Part shown: piece after piece, positions 47,466 to 56,678 of the stretch
Layout: the number at the start of each line of letters is the position of its first letter
How positions within the stretch are numbered: position 1 is the stretch's first letter
IMG/VR virus record: IMGVR_UViG_3300049001_000044
Span: 279,230-343,229 of that record
Direction: 5' to 3' (one strand)
DNA: 64,000 bases
Made by a program: the position numbers and the translations under genes
Notes under the pieces: generated by a model
The model's database searches: none
What the model saw: only the letters and a program-made list of their open reading frames with translations
Told to the model about the DNA's origin: nothing

Positions 47466-49205
47466 TCAGGTTCCTGCTGCTGCGCTGAGGAAGGTTCCTG
47501 CTGCCGAGACAGAAGGGACAACCACTGCTGGGGTATCGATGTATGGCAGGCCGGCGACGGTTGCTGCGGATACACGAACGTCGGTTGCGACAGTCACCTT
47601 GCTGATGACTTGGCCTGCTGCGTAGTCTTCGTTGAAGATCAAGCTCACAGTCAATTTCGCGGTGGCTGAGTTGTACACTGCATTCACGACCAAACTGCCT
47701 GTACCGTACGCACCACTACGGTTGAACGATGCGATCGTTCTTGCTGTGGTATTCAAGTCGTAGAAGCCGTAGGTAGTCGTGCCGCCCGAGTTGTACGCGC
47801 CATTGAAACCGATCTTCGTGCCAGTGTAGTCAAGCACGATACCTGACGTGTTCAGACCCGCATTGACGATGGTGTTGTACCACTCATGACCAACGCCTGC
47901 GCCATCGGTAAGGGAGATGGTAAAGCGCGCAGAACCAGCTTGATTGAAGAAGGCGTACGCTGCTGCATTCGATGCAAAGGTAAACGTCAAATCCAACTGG
48001 CGTGTGGAAGCCCAAGTACCAGTCGTTGCATCAGAACGAAGCGAGGAGATGTTCATACTTGCTGCGTTAGGCGAGAAGCGGTTTGCCTCAAGCGCGTCGA
48101 CACCTGCAGTGAGAGCATTCCAGTTAGTAACGATACCTTGGATACCATAACCACTCCATCCAGCAACCCAATTGACGTTTGGCGAATACGCATTTGCGGT
48201 AGCGTGAGAGCCGCGGCCATCATAAATGAAACCGATCGAGCCAGTATTGTCAGCTGCCGCTGTGTGACGAAGAGCTTTTTTCAGACGGGACAGAAGGATG
48301 GTCCACTTAACGTTGTCAAACTGCGAAGGAGTGTTCATGTTAGTGAAGACTTCCAACGTATCAGTTTGACCCCAACCCCACTGATTGTCTGCGGGATCAG
48401 GAGCGGAACCAGAAGTTGATGGTGCGCCAATGACTCTGTTGATTCGGGTTGCCAGCGCATTGTACTCGTTATAGGAAGCGTAGCGAGTAACGCTTGGCCA
48501 TACCTGTGCCCATGAGCTGTTGAAGTATAGTGGCTGATCGGCTGTCGATTGCATCGAGTTGTCTACGCGCACGTACAGAATCTTCTCTGACGTCGACCAC
48601 CACAGACTACCAACTGTGGAAGCAGCCCCAGCTGTTGGAGGGGTAGCAGTTGTGGTGACGCCCTGACCTGCGCCAACGTTCGTCCAAGTACTAGTCGAAG
48701 CGTCATACACTTTCAGCACGCCAGAGCTGGTGTCAAACCACAGCTGACCAGTCTGAGGATTTGCTGGTGCGGTTGCGGATGGTTGACCACCTCCGCCAAC
48801 GCTAGTCCACTGGGTACCATTCCACACCTTGAGGGTAGTGGTGGTGTTGTCGAACCACATGTCACCGAGTTGTGGCGCGGATGGTTGCGTGCTAGATGGA
48901 AGAACACCACCGACGAGGTGCCACGTTTGGTCAATGCCGTATACTTTCAGCTTCGTGCTTACTGTATCATACCATGCTTGACCAACGGTAGGGTGTGAGG
49001 GTGCTGTTTTGGAAGCGAAGTTCTCCAACAGACGGATGAAGTTTTCCTGTTGGATTTCACCGTAGTTTGGAACGCCTTTACCCGTAAGGGTGAGGGAAGT
49101 AGAAGTAGCGTCTACTACGCTTTGTGGCAAGTCAATGGTTGTCTTGCCTGGGATCGATGGCGAAGTCTCAATACCACCGCTTTGGTAGTCTACCTTGTAG
49201 CTCAT
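47466..49205 (-). CDS. Tail fibre/baseplate-associated protein
   Basis: YGEIQQENFIRLLENFA; repeated P..G[QD]xW[YF]D...LKV modules; AATAAATA at 49273-49280. Confidence 0.75.
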   Translation of the reverse strand: MSYKVDYQSGGIETSPSIPGKTTIDLPQSVVDATSTSLTLTGKGVPNYGEIQQENFIRLLENFASKTAPSHPTVGQAWYDTVSTKLKVYGIDQTWHLVGGVLPSSTQPSAPQLGDMWFDNTTTTLKVWNGTQWTSVGGGGQPSATAPANPQTGQLWFDTSSGVLKVYDASTSTWTNVGAGQGVTTTATPPTAGAASTVGSLWWSTSEKILYVRVDNSMQSTADQPLYFNSSWAQVWPSVTRYASYNEYNALATRINRVIGAPSTSGSAPDPADNQWGWGQTDTLEVFTNMNTPSQFDNVKWTILLSRLKKALRHTAAADNTGSIGFIYDGRGSHATANAYSPNVNWVAGWSGYGIQGIVTNWNALTAGVDALEANRFSPNAASMNISSLRSDATTGTWASTRQLDLTFTFASNAAAYAFFNQAGSARFTISLTDGAGVGHEWYNTIVNAGLNTSGIVLDYTGTKIGFNGAYNSGGTTTYGFYDLNTTARTIASFNRSGAYGTGSLVVNAVYNSATAKLTVSLIFNEDYAAGQVISKVTVATDVRVSAATVAGLPYIDTPAVVVPSVSAAGTFLSAAAGT

Positions 49206-49385
49206 TTTATCTCCTTGCGCCGGCTCACAATATTTGGGATGACGTAGAAAATCCGGTATACTCTACGTTCACATATTTATTCAGGAGACGAAAACAACGC
49301 TGGGATGAGCCCTCCTTCAAAGTCTCATCCCAGGTCCAATTGTTGTTCTGCTTGTCTTCGCTACGGTCAGTGCTGACTCACTGAG

Positions 49386-50201
49386 TTAGGCTGTGCCGAG
49401 GAGACTTGCAGGGCGTCGATAGTCCGATCTAGTTGCTTGAGTTCTAGGTAGTTCAGGTGCGGTCCTCCCATTGTCAGGTGCGTCAAGAAGTTTAACGAGC
49501 TTTTTGCATAGATCAGATCGAACAACGTCGCTCTGATAGAATTCGCAGTATTGAATGTCGGGGTCTTTGGCTGCCAATTTACGGATGGCGTACTGAAGAC
49601 CGTTCTCCCATGGAGTCTTTTCGTCGTAGTCGCGTGGTTGTCGAATATCGCACTGACCGAGATCACCGTTGATTGCAAAGCTACTTCCTTCACCAACACG
49701 AGTAAGGAACAGCTTCATCTGTTTGACTGTCGCATTTTGCGATTCGTCGAGGATGAGGTAAGCGTAGTTGAAGGTCCGACCGCGCATGTAAGCAAGCGGT
49801 GCAATTTCAATCTTGCCGTCCTCAATCAACTTCTTAGCCATCACTGGGCCGACAAATTCTTCGATAGCGTCGAAGAGCGGCTTCAAGTATGGATCAAGCT
49901 TTTGTTCGAGGGTACCAGGGAGGAAGCCAAGGTTCTCGCCTTCTGCTTCAACGACTGGACGGGTTAGGACGATCTTGGAAACTTTATTGGAGAGCAGTTT
50001 CTCTAGAGCGATGCCTGTGGCCAACCAAGTCTTTGCGGAACCAGCTGGGCCGTTCGCAATGGTAATGGGGTTGTTTTTCAGTGACTCAATGTAAAGCTCT
50101 TGAGCCATATTCTTTGGAACGATTCGTGTTTTCAGCTTGACTTGCTGGCCTGCTACCGATGCGGGAACATCTTGTGGGTAGCGCTGCTTTCTTTTGGTCA
50201 T
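49386..50201 (-). CDS. phoH: PhoH family ATPase
   Basis: TRPVVE, LGFLPG, YMRGRTF, LDESQN, GDLGQCD, VVRS; atypical Walker A GPAGSAKT. Confidence 0.93.
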   Translation of the reverse strand: MTKRKQRYPQDVPASVAGQQVKLKTRIVPKNMAQELYIESLKNNPITIANGPAGSAKTWLATGIALEKLLSNKVSKIVLTRPVVEAEGENLGFLPGTLEQKLDPYLKPLFDAIEEFVGPVMAKKLIEDGKIEIAPLAYMRGRTFNYAYLILDESQNATVKQMKLFLTRVGEGSSFAINGDLGQCDIRQPRDYDEKTPWENGLQYAIRKLAAKDPDIQYCEFYQSDVVRSDLCKKLVKLLDAPDNGRTAPELPRTQATRSDYRRPASLLGTA

Positions 50202-50318
50202 TAGACCCCCGAAAAAGTGGTTTACGAAAAGGACTCCAACACCGAGGTACAATCATCCGGAGAAAGGAAGGATCAGCTTCCTTTCGAAAAAGCGGTTTTG
50301 GGAGAACATCGTGCGGAC

Positions 50319-50399
50319 TTAGGAAAGAACGATAGAGGACGGTCGGTGTTCCGTCATTGTCGTTTCAGGGGCTTTGAGATGGATTTGCTCTAGCTTCAT
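50319..50399 (-). CDS. Possible 26-aa leader ORF upstream of phoH
   Basis: TATAAATA 50442-50449, AGGA RBS, MKLEQIHLKAPE... Confidence 0.3.
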   Translation of the reverse strand: MKLEQIHLKAPETTMTEHRPSSIVLS

Positions 50400-50510
50400 A
50401 TGAAATTCCTGTTGGGTGTTCGTTATTGAACTTGCACTTGGTATTTATATGGGCCGGTTGATGGCGTGGGCAGTAAATAATCCTGTTATCAACTATCAGA
50501 GAGGATCATC

Positions 50511-50720
50511 ATGGAAGACAATCAAATTCCACCGAAGAACGAGTGGCCTAATCTTTCGGTTTCCCAACTGCACGATGTCAAGAACGCCCTTCTCAACAAG
50601 TACTGGGCCATGCGTGGGATCAATGCGTCATTTGCGAACTCATATTTGGGCTTCGTTAACCACGTAGACGCGATCATCGCGTACAAAGAGAACGAAGCCC
50701 AAACAGCTGAACACGATTAA
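50511..50720 (+). CDS. Small late hypothetical protein
   Basis: GAGG RBS; AGTAAATA 50472-50479. Confidence 0.65.
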   Translation: MEDNQIPPKNEWPNLSVSQLHDVKNALLNKYWAMRGINASFANSYLGFVNHVDAIIAYKENEAQTAEHD

Positions 50721-51256
50721 GTCCAGAAGTGGTGGCGCCAAGCCACGATGCGGTGGAGCATGTCATCGCACTTCTTGATATGCTCTTCTTCTTTCTCCCA
50801 ACTGAAGCCATTCGCTACGTGGTCGAACTCCCACTGCCCAGTGACGTACCACTCGTACATCCAGATCAGCTCCATGTAGGTGAGATAACGGGTCGTCATC
50901 TGGTCACGGGTGAATCCGCACTCTTCGACCGGTGCATTTTCGCCGTAGTACTTCTCCACATATTCACGCATTTCTGCAATGTTGGTGTGGCACTTCTGCT
51001 TGTGCTTGCTACCCCAGTCGACGAAGGGCTGTTCACCTTCAATGAAGTCGACGAAGATGGTGAACATTGCATGAAGGAGAACGTAGTCGCGATCATGCCA
51101 TCCACGTCCCATGTTCTTTACCTTGATGACATTCCAAGGGAAGAAGATGTCCTTGACGCCAATGTACGCGCTTCGAATTTTCGAGCGAATGCGGCGGGCG
51201 CGGTCCTTCCAGGACGGCTTGTAATCTTTGAGAAGTTCGTCAAAATCGATTTCCAT
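50717..51256 (-). CDS. Trp-rich hypothetical protein
   Basis: 179 aa; WHDRD...LHAMF; promoter 51281-51312. Confidence 0.7.
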   Translation of the reverse strand: MEIDFDELLKDYKPSWKDRARRIRSKIRSAYIGVKDIFFPWNVIKVKNMGRGWHDRDYVLLHAMFTIFVDFIEGEQPFVDWGSKHKQKCHTNIAEMREYVEKYYGENAPVEECGFTRDQMTTRYLTYMELIWMYEWYVTGQWEFDHVANGFSWEKEEEHIKKCDDMLHRIVAWRHHFWT

Positions 51257-51315
51257 ATTTGCTCCTTTGTCGTATAGCTTATTTTATACGAGAAGCAACC
51301 TTACGAAATCAATAT

Positions 51316-51414
51316 CCTGGGGCTTACCAGAGGTGCTCAGAGATGTGTGAGTAAGTTCAACACTAACAACTACATCGAAGTAGTAGGAGGTCTCTGAGCA
51401 CCTCTGGTCCCAGC
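51316..51414 (+). repeat. Dispersed element copy E4 with 18-bp perfect terminal inverted repeat
   Basis: ACCAGAGGTGCTCAGAGA (51326-51343) / TCTCTGAGCACCTCTGGT (51391-51408). Confidence 0.8.
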
Positions 51415-51415
51415 G

Positions 51416-51446
51416 CAAAAAAAATCCCACTCGAAGTTGAGTGGGA
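51416..51446 (-). terminator. Rho-independent terminator
   Basis: TCCCACTC...GAGTGGGA plus long T-run on minus strand. Confidence 0.75.
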
Positions 51447-51479
51447 CAAAAAGGGATCGATGATCCCTGCTGAAGAAGG

Positions 51480-51884
51480 TTACCGAATGGGTGTATACCT
51501 AGGTGCCATCGACCTGAACACGATGACTCCCCAGATCTGGTACACCATGTACCACCACCATGCAAACAGTCCAATCGAGAAGATGTTCGGGCATTGCCAG
51601 CAGAACGTGAAGCCCTTGCACACCATGTCGAAGAAGAAAATGATCGGAGCAACCGGCGCTTCCCAGAATTGGAAGCCAGGGCGTTCGAGGAAGTCGGACA
51701 TCATGAAGCTGCCGATCTTGTAGGCCCGCACCGTCTCGCTCCAGAAGAGATAGGAAAGACAGGCTCCCAAAACTTCGACAAGGGCAAGGGACACCGCGGT
51801 TGCGATGATCGCGATGTAGACGGTCAGGGTCTTATAGAGGCCCCACCCCCACAAGCAGAGTCCTACAACAATCAAGGTTATCAT
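51480..51884 (-). CDS. Multi-pass membrane protein
   Basis: Several hydrophobic helices; GGAGG RBS; promoter 51917-51948. Confidence 0.7.
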   Translation of the reverse strand: MITLIVVGLCLWGWGLYKTLTVYIAIIATAVSLALVEVLGACLSYLFWSETVRAYKIGSFMMSDFLERPGFQFWEAPVAPIIFFFDMVCKGFTFCWQCPNIFSIGLFAWWWYMVYQIWGVIVFRSMAPRYTPIR

Positions 51885-52163
51885 GTTCCCTCCTTCGGGA
51901 GTTCGTAGTTAGGAACATAATACACAAGTTTCGTTGAGTTGTAAACTAGAGAAGTGTAAAAGTTGTTACAGCTTTTATCTGAAGAAGATCAACACGTCTG
52001 CTGAGACTAGGAACACAATCCCAAAGGACAGGCCAGTCACCCATCTAGATAGCGTGCCAACCTTCTTGACCAGTGGATCAAAGTTGGTTTCTCTGAATTT
52101 GTCGAACTCTTCCTGTGTGAAGAGATCATTTCCATGATATTTCATTTCTGTTCCTTTTGCGAT

Positions 52164-52637
52164 TTAGACGCCCAAATAGTCGTGGTAGATATGCATGAAC
52201 GCCTCGCGGTCAAAGTGATCTCCGTGGAGGTTGCGTTCGATGTCTTTGATCTGTTTCAAACGGTAGTAATCACCGTTATCGTCTTTGACGAGCAGGCCTT
52301 TGCTTGGACCTACTGTTTTAGATTTGAGCTTGAGGCCTTGCACCTCAACCATTTTCTCCTCATCACCAATGATCAGCTTGTCGTCTGGCTGAGGCAGGTG
52401 CTGGGCACGTGTAATCTTGCCAAGAGCATTGAACACCTTCGAGCCTTTAACCAGCTCAACAGGAACATCATTGATCTCAGCAATGTCGAAGAAGTAGATT
52501 AGGGTGAGTGACTTGTCACCCCTCATTTTTCCATAGACCGCAGGTCCGCCATCCTTGTAGTTCGTGTACGACACTACCTTGTAGGATTGCTTGTCCTTAG
52601 TCTTGATTTGGTCTTTGTCAATTGGGACAACTAGCAT
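52164..52637 (-). CDS. Hypothetical protein
   Basis: 157 aa. Confidence 0.7.
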   Translation of the reverse strand: MLVVPIDKDQIKTKDKQSYKVVSYTNYKDGGPAVYGKMRGDKSLTLIYFFDIAEINDVPVELVKGSKVFNALGKITRAQHLPQPDDKLIIGDEEKMVEVQGLKLKSKTVGPSKGLLVKDDNGDYYRLKQIKDIERNLHGDHFDREAFMHIYHDYLGV

Positions 52638-52795
52638 CAGTCTTCCTCATCTTGGATACCGTCGACAATGTCGTCTTCGTCTTCGATCATTTCTTCTTCC
52701 AATTGACGGAGATAGCGTTTGAAGCCGACACGTTGGGCACGCGTCTCCTCAATGCTCTCGTTGAAGCCGCGGTTGTGGAATTTCTTTTGTGACAT
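52637..52795 (-). CDS. Small protein with acidic tail (52 aa, not in track)
   Basis: MSQKKFHNRG...EDEDDIVDGIQDEED; CATAAATA 52836-52843. Confidence 0.6.
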   Translation of the reverse strand: MSQKKFHNRGFNESIEETRAQRVGFKRYLRQLEEEMIEDEDDIVDGIQDEED

Positions 52796-52897
52796 TTGAG
52801 ATTATCCTTGGTAGGAATGTATGGATGATGTTGTTTATTTATGCGTCCTGCATCAGAATTCCGCGCAAAAGAATGCCCGCCGAAGCGGGCAACCTGA

Positions 52898-53359
52898 TTA
52901 GTCGTGAACCCAGAATGTTCGATTCACGTGCTCATCTCCGTAATGGATGAACTGATCATCGATGATCTCACTGATGACAGCCCAATTCCCATTGGCTAGA
53001 CCTGCGCCAATCATCGGGTAGTGAACGTCTTTCTTCAATGTACATGCCGCGACCATCACTGTCTCAAACGCCTGTTGGATGGCCTTGTACGAGACGTATT
53101 TCACTGTGGGGTCTCTGCCATAATTCTGCTGGGTGATCGCGTTGCCGATGATGAGGTCGTCAGTCACTTGAGCCCAAATGACCTCACCCAAAAGCAGACC
53201 GTTTGTCTCGTGCTCTTTGCGGTACACCTCGTACGCCATCGGATACTTGTCACGAATCTGCTTTGCAATGCCACTACCCATGACCCCTTGCGCGTTGCAT
53301 CCGTGGACGATGATTCCCTTCGTCACTGTTAGGATGTCGCCTACCTCAACTCTCTTCAT
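52898..53359 (-). CDS. Macrodomain (ADP-ribose hydrolase/DarG-like; T4 tk.4-like)
   Basis: GDI, IVHGCNAQGVMGSGIA, NAITQ, PMIGAGLANG. Confidence 0.88.
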   Translation of the reverse strand: MKRVEVGDILTVTKGIIVHGCNAQGVMGSGIAKQIRDKYPMAYEVYRKEHETNGLLLGEVIWAQVTDDLIIGNAITQQNYGRDPTVKYVSYKAIQQAFETVMVAACTLKKDVHYPMIGAGLANGNWAVISEIIDDQFIHYGDEHVNRTFWVHD

Positions 53360-53763
53360 TCCAACTCCTCATAGTGGTTCAACACGCGGCTCTTGACAAG
53401 GGCCAGCTCCTTCAGCTCTTCCTGCTTTTGGTTCTGTGCCCAAATCATCTCTGCCATTTTACCAGCTTCAGTAGGTAGCTTGGTCTTGGACGTATTCAGC
53501 ACCAAGTAGTCCATCAACGGCCGCCGCTCCAACTTGAAGCAACCCCATGGAGCAACCCCACTGGCAACTACTTCGCGTAGCTTCCTAACAGCAGCCTTCG
53601 CACTGAACTCGGCATTGAGCGGACAGATGTAGAGCCAGAACTCATACTCACCTGGCCCTACTGGTTTGGCGAGATAGGAAACCCCGCCATTCCTCTGCGG
53701 GGTAACCGTCACTCGATCCTTATTGAAGCGCATAGGCCTCAAGTGACGGAAAATTTCACTCAT
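53356..53763 (-). CDS. Hypothetical protein
   Basis: Likely start MSEIFRH overlapping upstream stop. Confidence 0.6.
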   Translation of the reverse strand: MSEIFRHLRPMRFNKDRVTVTPQRNGGVSYLAKPVGPGEYEFWLYICPLNAEFSAKAAVRKLREVVASGVAPWGCFKLERRPLMDYLVLNTSKTKLPTEAGKMAEMIWAQNQKQEELKELALVKSRVLNHYEELE

Positions 53764-54292
53764 CTTCTGATCCAGCCTCACGTGCTCTTGCAAGGGATTC
53801 GCGAGCTTGTCTACGTGCTTCGTCTTGCATGAGACTGTTGCCACCCTCTACCCATGGATGCTGGTCAGCACCATCAAAATACGAGTAGATGACTTTTGCT
53901 TCTTCCTCGATTTGTTCAGCATAGGCCGCCGCTTGTCGAGCTCGCGCTGCTTCAGCAATTTTCTCGATCACATCATAGATCATCCTTTCGAACTCTACAA
54001 ACAGATCCAAATTTCCCGAGATGTCTTCCATCCAGCTTTCAAGCCCGTAGACGGTAGTTGGGTTCATCAAGTTACCTTGCAGCCAGACTTGAGTTGGATA
54101 ATCGTTGCTGTCGATGAAGATGCTCGACTGTCCGTCGACGTTGAAGTGCCAGCTCAGCTTGTCGTACGTGCCTTGTTCAGCGATTTCAGGGTCAACATGC
54201 GAGAGCCAGTTGAAGACCTTCTGAAGAACAGATGCCAGCAACTGCCTGTCAATGGCTGTCTTCGGTGTGTAAGTGGTGTTTACGTAAGTCAT
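53756..54292 (-). CDS. Hypothetical protein
   Basis: 178 aa; HPWVEGGNSLMQ. Confidence 0.65.
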   Translation of the reverse strand: MTYVNTTYTPKTAIDRQLLASVLQKVFNWLSHVDPEIAEQGTYDKLSWHFNVDGQSSIFIDSNDYPTQVWLQGNLMNPTTVYGLESWMEDISGNLDLFVEFERMIYDVIEKIAEAARARQAAAYAEQIEEEAKVIYSYFDGADQHPWVEGGNSLMQDEARRQARESLARAREAGSEDE

Positions 54293-55188
54293 ACTGCCAT
54301 TTCTCCTGTGATAGCGGCGTGGTGTTGGTAACCAACCAGCTTGAAGTCGTCCATGGTAAAGCCATTGATATCCTTCACGTCAGGGTTGATCCAGAGTTTC
54401 GGTGGGTCGAACGGCTTGCGAGTCAGCTGCTCCTTGACCTGCTCAATGTGGTTCGAGTAGATGTGCGCATCGCCGATGGTCATGATCAGCTCGCCTACTT
54501 CCAAGCCAACGACTTGTGCGATCATGTGAGTGATGATGGCATAGCCAGCGATGTTGAATGGTGCGCCTAGGAACATGTCGTTCGAACGCATGTAGACTTG
54601 GCATGACAGCTTCCCACCACTCACGTAGAACTGGGCGAACATGTGGCAGGGCGGCAGAGCCATTTGATCAAACTCGCCAATGTTCATCGCAGTCAGAATC
54701 ATGCGACGATCAGTTGGGTCGTTCTTCAACTTGTAGATTAGCATGTCAAGCTGATCTACGTAGTCGTACTTACCGAAGAAGGCCTTTACCTTCTGGACAA
54801 AGGTGACAGGGGTCTTGCGCCAGTTGCGCCATTGAACGCCATACACACGACCAAGGTCACCAGCAAACTTGGCCTTTGGAGTCCAATAATCGGCTTCTGC
54901 GTTGCCTGACCAGATGGTGCGTTTCAGTGGATCACGAGTTCCATGCAGAATTTCTGCAAGCCTACGCTCATCACTCGAGCCCTCGATGAAGAACAGATCT
55001 TCAGATACGACTGACTTGAATGCGAGACGTTTGGTGGTGATGGCGGGGAATGCTTTCGACAGATCGAATCGCATTTGACGGCCAAAGACTGAGATGGTAC
55101 CGACGCCAGTACGATCCATTCGCTCCTCACCGTTAGTGAGGATGTCTTGGTATAGGTCTAGGAGTTGTTGTTCAGGGTAGTAGGACAT
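54289..55188 (-). CDS. thyA: Thymidylate synthase
   Basis: DRTGVGT, ALPPCH, RSNDMFLGAPFN, HIYSNH. Confidence 0.96.
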   Translation of the reverse strand: MSYYPEQQLLDLYQDILTNGEERMDRTGVGTISVFGRQMRFDLSKAFPAITTKRLAFKSVVSEDLFFIEGSSDERRLAEILHGTRDPLKRTIWSGNAEADYWTPKAKFAGDLGRVYGVQWRNWRKTPVTFVQKVKAFFGKYDYVDQLDMLIYKLKNDPTDRRMILTAMNIGEFDQMALPPCHMFAQFYVSGGKLSCQVYMRSNDMFLGAPFNIAGYAIITHMIAQVVGLEVGELIMTIGDAHIYSNHIEQVKEQLTRKPFDPPKLWINPDVKDINGFTMDDFKLVGYQHHAAITGEMAV

Positions 55189-55721
55189 GTTTTGATAAGC
55201 AGACCCTCTTCGTCGAGGATCCGAAATGCGGAGGTTAAAATCTTGGAGGCGTGCTGGAAGTGGAAGCCGTGTGCCTTGTCTCGATCAGCATTTCCTGCTA
55301 CGTTGAGGCACTCGACGTTGTTATTTACGATGAAGTAGACCAGCTCGGCTGCCTTCATGTCGTAGTCTACGCCATCAAGAAGGAGGGAGAGGCATGGCTT
55401 CTTTGCTGCATTCACATAGCGGAGAGTTAGCACTTCCCCTGCAGTGTCAAAGTTGGATGCTAGTCGGACGGTGGCGTCGCCTTCATACGCATTGGCCCTA
55501 GTGCGCGGTGGATAGTCTCTCGATGAGGAGACCGTCAAATTGAATTGGGCGAGAGTGGGATCATCACCTAACGCAGTGCGATAGCCTCGTGCAATGTGCC
55601 CACCTGTCTCAATTTGAAAGTCACGAGCAACAAACAGACCGGCCTGATCTGCACCGGTCTGTGCGCCGCTGATGACCTTACGTAACCCTGTGTAGGGCAG
55701 GTCAAGTAGCTTGTGATTCAT
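55158..55721 (-). CDS. SLOG-superfamily protein (putative molybdenum-carrier/YpsA-like)
   Basis: [20 protein letters not shown]. Confidence 0.75.
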   Translation of the reverse strand: MNHKLLDLPYTGLRKVISGAQTGADQAGLFVARDFQIETGGHIARGYRTALGDDPTLAQFNLTVSSSRDYPPRTRANAYEGDATVRLASNFDTAGEVLTLRYVNAAKKPCLSLLLDGVDYDMKAAELVYFIVNNNVECLNVAGNADRDKAHGFHFQHASKILTSAFRILDEEGLLIKTCPTTLNNNS

Positions 55722-56568
55722 TCTCTTCCATCTTGTATTTGGTTTGGTCGATGAATGCTTGGATCTGTTCAGGGGTCAGATCATCGAGCTTCGGAATCAC
55801 AGGCATAACCCGCAGTAGTAGGTCACCCCTGTTGCTCTGCTTGGCGTCAGTCCAATACCCCTTGCCCTTGATCTTCAGCAGCTTGCCTGCTTCGAATCCA
55901 GATGGGATGCGGACAGTGCCAGTGCTGCCATCTACTGTGAAGACCGACTTGAAACCGCCCGTCATGATAGTGAACCAATCCACGAACATGGTTTGAGTGA
56001 TGTTGCCACTTCCTTCCTTTGCACCACCATACAGCCATGGCTCAGTAGCCCACACGACATTCGCATCTTCAACGTCAATGTCGAGCACCAAATCGATCGT
56101 ATAGTCTAGCCCACCATTCTTGCCAGCGACGGTCTTCAACTTCATGCCAGGCTTCATACCTGGACCGATGTCTACCGTCTCGATGTAACCGGCAACCTTC
56201 GTCAAGTCGACTTTCTTCGTGACACCAGTGAATGCTTCCTTCAGGGAGATTTTGATGGTGACTTGGTAGTGGCGAGCCCGTTTCATCTGCTCATGTTGGC
56301 TTCGAGCTCTGTTGATCTCTTCCTCGAAGTCATTCATGGTCTTGCTGTAGTTGGACCAGAAGTTCGGATTGACGGGGTCTTCCTGTTTGGATTCCAGGAA
56401 CTCGTACGCCTCTTTCATCTCCTTGAACTTTCCCTCGACCTCTGCTTCCTTGCCGGGATTTCGATCAGGGTGGTACTTCATGGATAGCTTACGATACGCC
56501 TTCTTGATCTCGTCATCAGAAGGTTTACCAGTCAGGCCCAACAGTGCGAGTGCTTTCGCTCGATTCAT
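55702..56568 (-). CDS. dnaJ: DnaJ/CbpA-like chaperone lacking Zn finger
   Basis: J domain KYHPDRN; C-terminal KGKGY...GDLLL. Confidence 0.88.
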   Translation of the reverse strand: MNRAKALALLGLTGKPSDDEIKKAYRKLSMKYHPDRNPGKEAEVEGKFKEMKEAYEFLESKQEDPVNPNFWSNYSKTMNDFEEEINRARSQHEQMKRARHYQVTIKISLKEAFTGVTKKVDLTKVAGYIETVDIGPGMKPGMKLKTVAGKNGGLDYTIDLVLDIDVEDANVVWATEPWLYGGAKEGSGNITQTMFVDWFTIMTGGFKSVFTVDGSTGTVRIPSGFEAGKLLKIKGKGYWTDAKQSNRGDLLLRVMPVIPKLDDLTPEQIQAFIDQTKYKMEENESQAT

Positions 56569-56591
56569 CTTACACTTTCAAAAATCAGGAA

Positions 56592-56676
56592 GGCCCAGAG
56601 ACCTCCAGGCTTTCCTATGTAGTTGCTTATGACTTTGCAGTGAGAGGTGCTCAGAGCACCTCTAGTAAGCTCCAGC
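56592..56676 (-). repeat. Dispersed element copy E5 with perfect palindrome AGAGGTGCTC-A-GAGCACCTCT
   Basis: Palindrome at 56643-56663; begins 2 nt after stop of 56679-57077. Confidence 0.8.
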
Positions 56677-56678
56677 AG

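Noticed and set aside
54289-55188. ThyA homolog as dCMP hydroxymethylase indicating hypermodified DNA
   Set aside because: It retains canonical dUMP-specific motifs (PCH, RSND...PFN).
7143-56676. Possibility that the dispersed elements are CRISPR repeats or tRNAs
   Set aside because: Copies are kilobases apart with no spacer array and no cas genes; no cloverleaf, T-loop or CCA features.
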